A stretch of DNA of 62,575 bases, the filler included, from Choristocarpus tenellus KU-1152 (Eukaryota; Protista; Phaeophyceae): the NCBI GenBank assembly GCA_964200185.2. It is 9 parts of 9 records of this genome, joined end to end, with 100 filler letters (N's around TTAATTAATTAA, not from the genome) between each part and the next. Parts side by side here need not be neighbours in the genome. Positions count along the whole stretch, not along the records: positions 20,118 to 26,984 come from CAXNAD020007180.1; positions 27,085 to 32,064 come from CAXNAD020012289.1; positions 32,165 to 37,395 come from CAXNAD020011416.1; 6 more parts are not named here. One strand, given 5' to 3'. Both the position numbers and the translations under genes were made by a program. Every line of letters starts with the position of its first letter. The stretch's first letter is position 1. A model generated the notes under the pieces. It worked only from the letters and a program-made list of their open reading frames with translations, was not told where the DNA came from and searched no databases. This document shows positions 23,139-36,469 of the stretch, in pieces.

Positions 23139-24884
23139 CTTCCTCCGTTCGGAATTTAATAGAACATAACTTTTGCAGCCCCAATCAAGAAGCAAGACTT
23201 ATTTTCACATGTTCTTATTTTATGGGTGTATTGTGCAGACACTAAAAGGTTGCTCACCAAAATCTCAACCAAAAGAGGGTATCCTACACCTATATATGAT
23301 TCTGCCCTCAAAGCCCTCCAAAACACCATTCCAGCAGGGTATTTCGCTGCATCCATTAGGGCATTCAGGGGGGGCTTGCCTGCCTTCTGTCTTTTCCTTG
23401 CGAGGATGGGAAAACAATTGTTGCGTAGTGACGCACATCTGTCTCAAATGGTACTTGACAGTCCCTTTCCTATTGAAGATGTTGTCACCCTTGGACCCCA
23501 GCACTTCACCGCACACTGCGAAGAGGCTTTGCCTGACTTGCGGGGGTACACATTGAACACGCCTCAATTGGGGGATCTACCCCCTCTATGTTGGTCACCC
23601 CCGTCTTCCTTCAGTTGCTGGATGGAATGAAAGAATCTCAGGTTGTTGACGTTGAGGCCAGGTGAGTTAGCTGGCTGGGTCTCTATGAATGTCGTTCCCT
23701 GCCACCTCCTCAATTGCCTCCATGATCCCCTTATTAGTGTGTGACTTTGCCCCGTCCTGCTGCACAAACATGGCATGTTCTTCCAGCCTAGGCATGCGAG
23801 CCTGGATTGCCGGGATGATATTCTCCATCATGTTTGTCCACTGCGGCTGGCACAAGCACCTTGGTGCCCTTGGGGCAGTGTTTGCTGGAGCACTGAGTAG
23901 CCTTTTTGTCCACGATTGGTCAGATCCCGATTTTCCCATCAACTACACCCCATCAGAGAGCTTCCTAGGGTGGGCCACAACTGCAAGGAACATTGTCTTC
24001 ATAGTTTAACGCTTATTTTTTGCCCATGGGTAGTTGGAGAGGTCCTCAGTGGGGTGTAGGTACATATGTTGCCCATCTTTGAGGATGTAAAACCACTTCT
24101 CATCCACACACTCCCAGTCATATTGACCATCCACTGATACACCACTTTCCCCCCTCCTGTTCGTGCAGCTGGTGACGAAACCCACCCTGTTGTCTTTCTT
24201 CCGATCTGAGAGGAATGGTTTAATCCACTGCTTGACTTCTTCGCCTTCTTGAGCTTGCACAGATCCCACAATGAGGCAAGGGAAACCTCAGCTTTGGCCG
24301 CCCATTTGTGGAAGGATATGCTGTGTACTGAAACGTTGAGGATATTTGTATGGTGGACACATCGCCCCTTGCAACATTCCACCAGGCCCATGCATTCATC
24401 CCGTGCAATCGGGCAGTCATACTCCTTCAGATGACGGAACGCAGTGATTCAGGAAATTCCAAGGTCCTCTGCAATGACTGCCGCCATCCCTCTCAACTCC
24501 AGGCATTCCACCACCATTCTTCGTCATAATGTTTTGAGTCCCGAACCCGAACAGACTTCTGGGCTGAAGAATTGGGACCGACGGGCATTGAAGGGATAAG
24601 CGAGCCACTCAAACAACATGAGACCTTGATCCTAGATATCACAATATACACTCGCTTTGACAGTTTCACGAGGTTTTTGAACCCCATCAAATGCGACTTA
24701 GTCGACTTTGCATTGGTGATTCTCCACATTTGTGAGAGCTCACCATCTCAAACGTTGCACGCCCCCCAATCTATATGAGAACTAAGTCTCAATTTTCTTC
24801 CAGAGGGTTTATCACAGGGATTGTTTCTGGGCAAGAAGAGGAGGCTACAAAGGTTATGTTACATTTAATTCCGAACAGAGAAAG
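23139..24884 (-). mobile_element. Full-length (1746 bp) but inactivated mariner-type (IS630-Tc1-mariner) transposon with both TIRs and TA TSD
   Basis: ta|CTTCCTCCGTTCGGAATTTAATAGAACATAACTTTTGCAGCC ... GGCTACAAAGGTTATGTTACATTTAATTCCGAACAGAGAAAG|ta. Minus-strand transposase motifs WECVDEKWFY, KTMFLAVVA, GKIGI, FVQQDGAKSH, QPANSPGLNVNNLRFF, with several frameshifts and stops. Confidence 0.9.
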
Positions 24885-25449
24885 TAAAAGGTAACACTAA
24901 CAATAAACACGAAACAGTCTATACTGCTTACAACTTGCAACAAGTACCTTCACTCCTATGCAACACAGTAGCAGTATTATGTATAGTATTACAATATCCA
25001 ACTTCATAAGAAGACGATACAGGCAGCATACCCATACTTCCCAACTCCAAGCACTATTTGATCCTAATCCCAGAAAAGGTCGAATGGTTAGACTCTACTG
25101 CTGTGGCTGGACGTCAACCCTAAGCTGGCCATTGCACTTTCATTATCCTTGGCAGCTTGCCATGCATCCACCTCCAGTCAGGTCCTCTGCTGGAAGGCAA
25201 GGAGTTAGCTGCGTATACATTATAAGAGTCCTGCTTGTTTCTCTTCAGGTGTTGCAATACACCCAGATGTTCAGAACATGTCCTTCGAGTCAGACTGTGT
25301 AGCAGGAGAAACATAAAAAACATTATCAAGTTTGGCCAAGCAAAGAAATGTTGAAGCCCTTTACCCTACACCTGTTGGAAGGAATGAACCTCTACTTGTA
25401 CTGACTGCTGCGTATACTTCCTCATAATAAGTCCCACTGCACCACCAGA

Positions 25450-26400
25450 AGCAGCTGAAATCCCACCACACATTGCAAGGGGATTTTCAGTGAGTTCGTT
25501 TTGCTCTCTTCGGACAGGGCTGGTACCTCTTGTGAGCATGGACAGTGTGTGAGCAATGCTGCACCACGCCAGCTGTTTCTACCACATCCTTTCTTGATCA
25601 AGCATATTGCTGCTTTGGGTTATCTCCCTGTCGTGAATACAAGTACATGAAAGTTGGGCCAAATGGAAAATCTCAATCCATGGGAAAAAAAGGTTTCATT
25701 GTTGATCAATCTTTGCCACTTTCCTTCTTCCATCTGTCCATGTGCTGAACCTTGTGCTCTGATTTCTTTTCTCGTTTCCATCCTCCCACTCATTTTCTCA
25801 TGATAAGAGGGCATACCCAGCGGATGGATCCTGGTAGTCTTCACAGGCTCCAAGCACACTCATAACCATGGAAACAATGCTACGAAGTCTTGTGCCTAAC
25901 AGCTACCCCTCAAAGCAGAAAAACAAAATGACTAACTAATCAGAAATTCTCAACTAAAAAATACATGGGTTTATTTTCTCGATTCAATGAACTGCATCGA
26001 TTTGCAAGAAGTTTTATCCTTGAAACTAAAGATGGGGGTAAAGGTGGCAAGTTGACACAGAGTGAATTTCCTGTGCTTCCAAGTATTCTGAAGAGTTTAA
26101 CTAGCATGCACTTCGTATAAATTATGACACTATAGTGCTCACTACATGCAATATACAGAGTGAGATAATACACATGAAATCCTCAACAGGTCAACATATC
26201 AGGCACAAAAACCTGTACAGTATCAACTTGTGAATCAAAGTATTTCAGAGAAGGGTATGGTGGATTCATAGGGATGACTGGGAGAGCCTTCTTCTGTCTT
26301 TTCCTCACTTGCACATCCCACCATTCTCAAACACATGGCAATGCATCTATCCAGAGGGTTTCAACTGCCATAGTCATAGCAACCAAACAGAACACATATA
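25450..26400 (-). mobile_element. Degenerate PIF/Harbinger-like transposase remnant
   Basis: Fragments in the expected order: MLVKLFRILGSTGN (cf. L.RLG..GN), AQGSAHG...ETFFS (cf. PGS.HD), AGVVQHC...KRYQP (cf. AR..VEHC.G.LK.RFQ). Boundaries approximate. Confidence 0.4.
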
Positions 26401-26984
26401 CCCAGCATAGAAATGAGGGGTCAGTCGCAAATTAACCAAAACTTGTTACGAGCAACCTTGACCATATAAAATCACACCTCAAAATGTTGCACATAACGCA
26501 ACAGTAGAGACCACCAAGAAGGCTAGACGCATTGTAATATTTGAGTACTAGCAAGATCATAGCTCCTTTGCTATCCTGTTGATATCATCAACGCTCAAGA
26601 ATCCTGTGGGGGTATTACCCAGCGCCCCAGCTGCTGCCACCTTCCCCACATTCTCAGCAGAAACTGGGGGAGTGAAGATCGCCTCCAGAGGTCCAGCAGA
26701 TCGCAGGAAGCTGAACGGTGGCAAATTGAGGACCTGGAAAAAGGGTGGATGAAGTACAGGGGTGGGAGGGCCAGTGATGGATACAGCATTGTGAAGTTTT
26801 GAACAAGAGATAACAATATAACCATGGAGAACTGGAAAGGGTAAGGGTAATCGTGGCAAGGGATTGACTAGGGCAAAAAAACGAAGGGAATAAAATAGAA
26901 ATTCCTTGATTGACTATAGAGTGTATGTGAGAGCAAGTAAAGGAAGGTCTGGGAAAAGCTCTCATGGATGGTGGGGCATGCATG

Positions 26985-27084
26985 NNNNNNNNNNNNNNNN
27001 NNNNNNNNNNNNNNNNNNNNNNNNNNNNTTAATTAATTAANNNNNNNNNNNNNNNNNNNNNNNNNNNNNNNNNNNNNNNNNNNN
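26985..27084. other. Artificial assembly linker 4
   Basis: N44-TTAATTAATTAA-N44. Confidence 0.99.
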
Positions 27085-27605
27085 GTAGAGGAGGGGGAGG
27101 AGGCAGGGAGCAGATGACTGGGGGAAGAGGTAGGGGCAACGGTGGCCATGTGAGAGGTGAGGGTGGGGGTAGGGGTGCAAGTAAGGGCAGGGTAAAGGAG
27201 GAGGGGGATAGAGGCCATGAGTCTGGAGGAGTGCAGGGTCGTCATATGGGAGAAGCCAAGAAACCTAGTGGAGGGACTAAGGAGACTAAAGGAGGTGATG
27301 AGGACAATGGACAGGTTGAGGTTGTCAGCAGGAGGGACGAGGGAGGTGACCAGAAAACGGAACGAAGTGGACAACCAGAAGAGGGCTCTTCTGGAGGTTT
27401 GACTAATGGGGTCAAGGATAAGATGAAGTTAGACTCTAAGACTAGGGGTGGTGGTAGCGGCAGCTTGGCTTACTGGGACGGCAGTGCTCGTGGGAGGGGG
27501 GGGGGTGACACCTGCGACCTTGCATCTATCTTCCCAAGTCTCAGAGGCAGAGGAGGCGGTGGCATTGGGGGGAGAGGGGGGAGGGGGAGAAGTGGGAGGC
27601 GGTGA
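27085..27605 (+). CDS. Possible terminal exon of an unknown gene, Gly-rich with an RGG tail
   Basis: Long open frame near the contig start ending ...CDLASIFPSLRGRGGGGIGGRGGRGRSGRR-TGA, followed by T-rich, 3'UTR-like sequence. G-rich composition alone can keep a frame open. Confidence 0.35.
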
Positions 27606-27949
27606 TGAGAGTGAAATGTAAGACTATCACAAAGTTCCTCCTGGTTATAATTGTTTTTCTGTTTGTGTTGATTTTTGTATCTTCCTGTTGCCCACCCATT
27701 GTGCTTGTGTGCCTGCTTTGCAACAAAATGGTTGTAAGGAGGGGATGAGGTGTGGGCTTATATACAGTAGGCAATTCCCAAGCCCACTGGTAGAGATAAA
27801 ACTGCATTTTGGTATTGTATAGCTGATTTTTTTAGTTTTTCATCCTTTGCAATGGTGATCATCACAGTTCTGCGATGTTTAATACACTTGAACCAAGGTA
27901 CTTTATTTATCTATTGTGTTGGAATTGACCTATTTTCTTTTTGAAAAAG

Positions 27950-30300
27950 TGAGTACGATTGGGAGTGGTGTAGACATGTTGATCTCCTCTTTACTCTGAG
28001 CCCTCCCTCTCAATTCTCGCTTGCCCTTACAACGTTGTCCTTCTCTGTTTGAACAGGAAATTGAATGGGTATTTCCTGGGAGTTATCCACTATTCCTTGT
28101 TGAATATTCGTTGACTTTGAAAAGTGGGTGTAATAGTCATGACCCTGCTTGGATTTGTCCGATACACAAACTTGAGGGGTTTGCTTGTCCAAAATCACCT
28201 CTCAAGCATTACATGGTGCATGATGGAATTCATTGGTATAGTGTTTTTGCTTCAGCAATCATCAGTGATCGTCCATCAGTTGCACAGTACTAAGAGATTC
28301 ATATATTGTGTCTCTTCCTTCTAAATTGTTTTAGTAAATTCAGCACTGCCTATTATGGACCTGCCAAGTGCCTCTTTGGGTGACATGGATTGGCATAGTG
28401 CTCCCCAATTATACAACCTCAAGTTAATCAGATAAGATATTCCAATGAACAAATTGAGGGGTTGTTAAAGCCTAACGATGATGTGGGGCATTTCTCCCAC
28501 AACTGAAATGAACCCTACAGGACCCTCATCTGTACTATTGTTGCCTGTGAGAAGCTCCGCCTGCACGTACCATCCTCAGTGTTGATTGAGAGTATTTTTT
28601 GGCAGGGGAAGGTACTCTGAAGACAAAAGTGGTGTGTGGTAATCTCTGCATTGCTTTTGATTCCTTTCTTTGTGATAGAGAACCGTTGGGAGTCTTTCCC
28701 AAGGGAAATCCAGCTTTAGCCATCTTGTACCGATTGTTTGACCAACATTTGCTACAGAGTTGCTACAGAGTGTTGACAATATGTGTGTGCATTCCTGACT
28801 GATGCAATTCTGAGAGGTGAATATAGTTACTCCAGCAATATGGAGTATGGAAATGGTTTTGAAGTATCTAACCTATACACCAGATAATTGACTCTACTAG
28901 TGTTTCTTTGGGAACATAAGGTTGCTCTGTAGACCTCTAATCACCATATTGTCACAGGATATGCCAACCACAAGTGTCCAACAAATCAAGAATTTACTCG
29001 AGTATTCATGTTGTGCTGTAATTCCTTTACTGATATATTTATGTATATAGCACTTGAGTCAAGTCACTATAGGCAGACTGCTGAGTAGTGTAACACATGA
29101 ATAAAACCACTTAAAGGTATAGTTTCGGGTCAATTTTTGTTGGGTTATCCAATTTTCAAGCAGCCTTACTCAATGCTCTTTGCCGTGTTTCCACTGCAGC
29201 AATACATTAGGTATCTTCAAGCTGGGAATGGTTGAACTGAACTGACCCAGCTCACAGCTCCTTCACGGAAAGAGAGATCTGAGAATGAAATAGTGCCCTG
29301 CTCAAAACAATGTGCTTGAAACCATACAACCAGTAGTGTAGGGAGGTGGGTTCATAACCCTTCTTGGGTCCAGATGATTACATTTCTCCATGACATTCAT
29401 CCCTGGCAAGATGTCCTTGTCGATGATAAGGGTAAAATACAGTTTTCTTCACCTTGCCATAGTCTTAAACCTCTTGCACGTTGGTAGTGAGGGGAAGTTC
29501 CTGCAGAGCTCAGGCTCAACTTGATGGTCACACATTGACCTATGAAAATAATCTTTACCATCACTAAGTAAGGTGGTAAAGTCTCATTCGGTGGGTGCTG
29601 GGGTACTTCTTGGCGACGGTTACAACCATCCACAGCTTTGTTTATAGCGTTAGCGACTTCTACTAACTTCTATCTTATCATTCAAAGCGTTCATGTGATG
29701 TGGACTACACCATACTGGGATTAGACATGTTTATCATATCATATGCATACAGCTCTCTTAATATTGTAGGTAACATTTCTTCTCTTGTCGATATCAAGAA
29801 GGATCAATCCTACTTCCCGTGTATAGGTCACAATCTGTCATCAGCAAGTATGTCTTCACCCACACATTCATAATAAATTGTACCATCCTTATCAATGCAA
29901 GCATCGTGCAATTCCTTTCCATAGTAACCCAGGCGTGACCATGAGCAACAAGAGGCGTCTAATTCTTTGGTGAGCATATTCCAGGTTGTTTACACGTAGA
30001 TGAGAAAGGAACAATGGAAATGTTGCTGGGGATCCAGATCGGTTTCAAGAAGGCCTGCTAATTGAGGTGCCATTTCTTGTTGCCACCACACTCACTGTAC
30101 CTATTTCAAATTTGTTGTTTTAGAGTGGTCTGCTACTTTTCCATCCCATATACATGGCTCTGCAATGGCCATGCATGTACCTAAAATGATGCCTCTCGTC
30201 ATACTACTATAATGGTAGATAGGTTCTCTAGAACAGTAAACGTTGGCGGTGTACTCTTTGAGGCCTTAGGAAGCACCGTTGTCATACCCATAACCTGTTG
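27950..30300 (-). mobile_element. Degenerate Ty1/copia internal region with an LTR-end/PBS junction
   Basis: Minus strand at 30300-30287 reads CAACA|GGTTATGGG, a typical copia LTR end plus primer-binding site. Downstream RT-like fragment LRLYNWGALCQSMSPKEA (cf. L.K.LYGLKQSPR.W) near 28370-28420. Confidence 0.45.
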
Positions 30301-32022
30301 TGTATGCTACATTAGTTTTTTTTAAAGGTGACGTAGCGTTGTATGCGAGTAGAGGATATTAAGGGCATTCGGATTGGCTTGGTTTGTGTCGGGTACGACA
30401 CTCGACGAGCACAGGTAAACCACACCACGGAGTAAGGTAAAATATTTCTTGTTTGCCTAAGATTCTTCAAGATGAGCTAAGTTACACCACCAATGAACCG
30501 TCGCCTTCCAAACTCTCAAGTTCAATGGATTCTGATGTACATTGGTCGACTCTCACCTCCTTAGCATCTCCAACAAGGCCTTTGATACGATGGAACTCAT
30601 ATCCTCCACGCTCGAAGCAATTCAAGCTTGGCAACATAAGGTAGCTACAAGCCCTTCGGTACCCTCTAACGAGTATTTCGGAGGTCAGCTGGCAAGTAAA
30701 GCAACCGGAGGGTCATGGTAATTACGATCCAAGTACGTAAGGCGTGTTTCCTGGACGGAAGAATTGAGGAAATACACATTCCATAGAAACAGCAAAAAGC
30801 CTGCACGCGAAACCGTTTCATTAATTTGGTCTCACCAGGATGAATCAATATATGCGTAAAAGGAAAGGTGGACTCAACTCAGCGGTGCTTCCTCCCCCCT
30901 AGCCCTGCCAGGCACTAAGAGTTGGTGGCAGGGTGCTAGGTAAATGTTCGATGCCTGGAGACCCTTGAGGCATGTATCTCAGGAATAAATCGTCACATAG
31001 AGTTTGCCTGGAAGGTAAGGTTAAGTCAATGCTGATTTTCTTTTGGTAACTCCCTAATCCACATCGTTGTTAAACTTCTATCTGGTGCTGATGTTGATAT
31101 GGACCGTTGGGATCGGTGCGACTCGATCAGTTATAGTGGTCGAGTGCCTCCCTAGTCCCGCACCTGCCCCTTGTCAAATTCACCGCCATATGTGCCCCAA
31201 GGAGAGCTAGCTTTCAGCAGCACTTTTCTTTTTTTTCATGGATGATTCTGATCTTAAACAGAAAGCTTGGAGTCAACTATCAGTAACGTATTGTGCTACT
31301 GGTCTAGAGTAAACTGGTTGTTGAGCTGGGTGTGGACAGCACTCACTCTCCTTTACTACCCCGCCCTCCACTTCCCGCACCTCCCCGCCCTTCCTTATTT
31401 TATAACTGGTAACAATAATAATGAATGGAGAACATGGGGACCTTAAACTTCACCTTCATCTCTCGATTGTCCTCAGTGGGTTCAATTTTTGGGGGCCAAA
31501 TACTTGTGGTGAAGAGGCGTATCATAGCTGCAGCCCCAGGACCAAGACATGGCACCCACTTCCTGCCCTTATGGACCTAGTCAGCAATCCTTGTTCTTTG
31601 TCGTTGGAGTTCCAGAATAGGTCGTTCAAAATGATTCGATTCCCCTTTCCTCCACGATTCCGCCCCAGAAGTATTCCACCTTGAAATCAATAACCCATTT
31701 CAAGCATTCCAGGGAATGGAAATGAAGCGATCTGCGATACCTCTATTGTACTCTACTCTAGGGTGCTTGAGACGTAACTCTGTACTGCCCCTCTCCCTCC
31801 CCCTAATCAAGAAACCGCTTCCTAGAGAAATACTATACTATATAGTAATGAAGTGCCTATGCTCCTATAGCCTCATGCATGTCATGCATATAGTCTGTCA
31901 TCCTCAAACCCCACCTCCATCGATCCAAATCCTCAATCACAGCACATGTTCTCGACACTGTTTGGGCTACTGTTAACCTCAATGATGAGAATATGCTCAT
32001 GTTACAGAGATGTTTATGTTCT

Positions 32023-32050
32023 GGGTCGAAGTATCTGGGGGGGGGGAGGG
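32023..32050 (+). mobile_element. MITE family B-like terminus
   Basis: gggtcgaagtatct followed by a G run, just before the contig end. Confidence 0.5.
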
Positions 32051-32064
32051 GTTGGTTTGTGAGG

Positions 32065-32164
32065 NNNNNNNNNNNNNNNNNNNNNNNNNNNNNNNNNNNN
32101 NNNNNNNNTTAATTAATTAANNNNNNNNNNNNNNNNNNNNNNNNNNNNNNNNNNNNNNNNNNNN
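32065..32164. other. Artificial assembly linker 5
   Basis: N44-TTAATTAATTAA-N44. Confidence 0.99.
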
Positions 32165-32296
32165 CTCCCCCACTCGCCCCTCCAACCCCCCAATGCCACC
32201 AACTTTCTGACCATACTTTGATGCTTTGCTGTGTCTTGTGGTACCATTGTGCTCACGGCACTATGGTTGATGGGTAGATACTGGCTCGCTTGCCAG

Positions 32297-35200
32297 GTGC
32301 AAGCAATCAGCAAACCCGCCATGCTCGTCGCCTGTACATTGGGGGTGTGCCCAAGACTAGTGAGGATGAGATGGCAAATTTCTTCAATGATGTCATTAAC
32401 CGAGCCTTGAGACACCCAATAGATGGAGGTGCAGTGGCCTCCTGTTACGTCTCAAAGGATAAGGTATGTAGGGGGGAAAAAAAAAGAGTAGAGCAGTATC
32501 TATATTTTACTGAGGTTTTATGATTCTAGGTATACCTCTTTGTGTACAGATACAAAGTTTGTATTTTTTTTTGTAGGATTTTGTATACAAGTTTGTGTTC
32601 AAGATTACCCTGTGTTAAGCATGTTGATAGCATGTGAGTGAAGACTTTTTTTTTTAGTATTTTATGTACGCGTTAATGTGTATGCTAGTGAGGTCTTGTG
32701 TGTGATGTTTAGGTAAAAGAGGATCATGTGTTTCTTTTTTTTGTGGTTGACGGGGAATGCATCACACTGTTTTTGCATCCTTGCATTGAAATAAATAACG
32801 TGATTTATACATTATAAAATTCTGGACATGGCTGTATAACTGATGAGGAGTAATTATTGCTTTTGATGGTCAGGGTGTAGTTTCAGTTACAGTTCTTTAT
32901 GTCAAGAAAATTGCCATTTTGGATTGTTGTAGATGTGACGTGTGTTGATTCCAAGGATAAGTAGGCGTTGTGTGAATGAAAGCATGTAAGAATACTGCAT
33001 CAGTTGTAATACTACAGTTGTAAATGGATGCTCGGCATGTTCTGGAAATGGTGCTGTGACTTCATTACCTTGTCTAGTGTCTTCAAATTGAATATTCAAT
33101 ACTGCCAGTAGACCTTCAAGTTGAACTAGATAAGTTACAGTAAATGTCTGAACAGTACTTGAGTTTTCTATTTTGCTTGAACAATCAATGGTCTTTGTTT
33201 TCTGGTATATTGGTCTCCAAATGCCTGAAGGGAGTGTCATGCGACAATATTAGGAAGAAAGTTTTTTTGAGACCATTGAGAGAGGGAAAGAGGGGGGGGG
33301 GAAGATTGCCTTTGTTTTGAACTAGAGTAGATTAAAGTAGTACTTGTAACTAATCATCATAGTTTGATTTAACTTTTTTGTAGTGAACATAGAGTACCAT
33401 TCTTCTTTGTGATTGGTGTCAGAAATGCCTTTCCTGGGTTTAGTTCTTTATTTGTTATATGCTGAGTGTGAAATATGCACTGGAATTAATAATACTTGGA
33501 GTGATTTATACACTTTTGGTTTGAACTGGTAAGAGAGTTGGGGTTGATTTATTACTTGGTAAGGTGTGTCTTTCCTCACAGCTGCCTGTCTGGATTGATC
33601 GATACTGACTGACTGACTGACTCCCCTAATCTAGTCTCCCTCTTTGGGTACTGTACTGCTATCTGTCCCCTATGTACCCCATGATGCCTTTTGGTGGGTG
33701 TTACGCTATCCTTGGAAGGCCTTTGCATTCCTTGAGCTCAAGACAATGGAGCTGGCTACTGCTGTCTTGGAACTGGATGGCATCATGATGAATGAGACAC
33801 AACTCAAGATTCGTCGTCCTAGTGACTTCAATCCTTCCCTTGTGCCGGCCAAGTGAGCCCTAATCATCACCCAGTCAGCCCGTCTGTTCAAATCATCTGC
33901 CCTCTCTACCTCCCTCCTTTCCTCATAATTATTCTGATTGGTTGAATTTTCAAGGGAATTTTTTGCTCGAAGGAGTCTGTATCCACTTATTTGCAGAATA
34001 TATATGCTCCACTTACCCTTGTGTGCTTCCACCAGCCTTTGCCGTCTGAAAAGGTGGTTCAGCTACATAGAAAAAAATCTCCCTTAATTGAGGCCATCTT
34101 ATCCCAAAATACTTCTTTATTTATTTGTATACATTTTTTCTGTTGAAGAAGCGGTAGGTGCCTCTCTTAAGTGCACTTTGTTTTTCTTCCTCAAATGTTT
34201 TTGAAATGTAAACTAATTAGCATTTCAAGTTTCTTTCTTAAGAGGATATTATTTTTTTTGTAAAGCAAGGATGTGGTTGTGACCTAGTGAAGTCACGATT
34301 GGAAACTGATACAATACTTAAGACTCTGCACAGACTGGTGTTGAGAGTGTCATCCACCATAAGTGATGATAAGGATAGCAAATTTCAACCTGAAGGGGAA
34401 CAGGACAGGCATCAAACACACTAGGTGTATGTAGTCATCAACACTAAATTATTATCTTACCACAATCTCTTCATGAGGAGGCAGAAGGTGGACAAGGCCA
34501 TGGCACTTGACTGCTCCTGCGACAAATTGTTTTAGGTTTTAGTTGATATCAATGTTGATGATGTCGATGAGGTATGGGTGCAGTTAAGGGTATGGTAGTG
34601 TCCCTTCTCAAATTGCTGGGTGCAGGGTGTGTTTCTGTAACTGTAGTCTTTTTACACCAATAAGATTTGAGATAAATTGCAGACTGCTGCGCTAAGAAGG
34701 TAGCATATTTTATTACCATAGCTTGGGTAATGAGGGTACACTATTTCACAGTGTGTCCACTTCTGACAGCCCCAGATCAGTCCCTCACATTGCGGCCTAG
34801 GATACTTACATAGTTAGATAGTTAGATGGCTGTAAGTGGCCCTGCACTGTTTCCATGTTTCTGTTCCTCTTTTTGTGGAGGTACCTATACCTTTTTTTGA
34901 CACAACATGCCAGGTACTCTGGCTGACTGAGGAAATCGAGCATCTCTGCAAGGATTTGCTCACCTAGGGCACATATCCTTTGTCATGCCATGGTGAAATT
35001 AGAACCCTAAATGCAGAGGGAACATCTATGAAAGCGATGCAGTCCACCCACAGTCATCCCAGACCACAACTAGGGTGCTGGCGTAGGGTTCATCCTGAGA
35101 TGGGAGTTTTTTTTTTCACTGTAGTAGGGGAGGCGTTTGTTACAGTGCAGTGTAGGATTGATAGTGTGACTTGTGTACTTGTACCTTTCTGTTGTGTACC

Positions 35201-36438
35201 CTATTTCTGAAAAGATTTATTCTTTTCTTTTCTTTTCTTGGTGTCTCCTCATCCTCTCCCCTCTTCCCCCCTGTCTTCCCACCCCTGTGCCCCTTTTTGC
35301 TACCTTTCTTTTTTTTTTCTTTCTCATACTCTTTTTTTGTGTTGCCATGGCGGGCGGCATGCAATTCTTGTCAGTCATAACAGAAACAGTTTCGGGCACT
35401 TGCAGCGGCTACTCGCTGGCCCTCACCGGCTCTTCCGCCGAGCCTTTCTTGGTGCGGCAGAATCTGCCCCCTGCCCCCTGCCCCCTGCCCCCTTTCCCCT
35501 TTCCCCTTTCCCCTCTCCCCTACCTTCCTCTTTCTCCCTCTTTCCTTCCCCCCTCCCCCTGTTGTTTTTCTTGCCACTATTTTTTTTCAAGATTAATCTT
35601 GATGGGGCTGCCTGTGGTGGCATGGAAGTTGTTCCACAAGTGTCGGTTACAACTGACAGTTACATCTGACAGTTACAAGCGCCACTGGGTTTCGCCCTTT
35701 GAACCTTCTGTGGCTGGTCAAACTCCTCCCCTCCCCCCTTTGTCGTTTTCCTCTTCTCGTTGCACTGTACTGTGTTACACCCTACCCACCCCCCTCTCTT
35801 TCTAATACTGCTAGGGGCGTTTTAAACCTCTTGTGGTACCAATTCAGAAAAGTACACCTGAAGGATACTGATACATCCTACTGGACTTTTTCCGTGAATC
35901 AGACAGAGGAGCTGAACAAAACTGTTCTTCTCCCCCTCTCTCTTCTCCCCCTCTCTCTTCTCCTCCTCTCTTTTTTTTCTCTTTTCTCCCTCCCCCTCCC
36001 CCCAACGGCTGCGATATTGATACTAATGTGTATATACTGTATATACTGTTACACAATATTTTATTACATTATGTAAATTTGCCACAAGCACGCTGTTTGT
36101 GTCTTTCATTTCTCAACTGCAAGTTGCAGTCATTTTCTCATATATGATGACTACTATACCTATATACCTACCTGGCTTGCAGGGAGCCCCGCACTGTACC
36201 TGGACAAGGTAGAATGGAAGTGGAAGTTTAGCAAGGCAGTCCACGCCAGCCTACAATAGATGACTCCATTCCTCTTGCTACCGTGCTGTGCTCTCTGCAT
36301 TATGCTCTGTAGCACTGACGATCCACCTTTACTGTTCCCAAGGGGAGTAGCTTCCTCTATGTGTGCTTACTCCAACTCCCCCCCCACCTCCCCTTTGCCC
36401 CCTCCACCTTGGCAACGAATGCTGTATGGTGCATCTCT

Positions 36439-36469
<31 letters not shown>

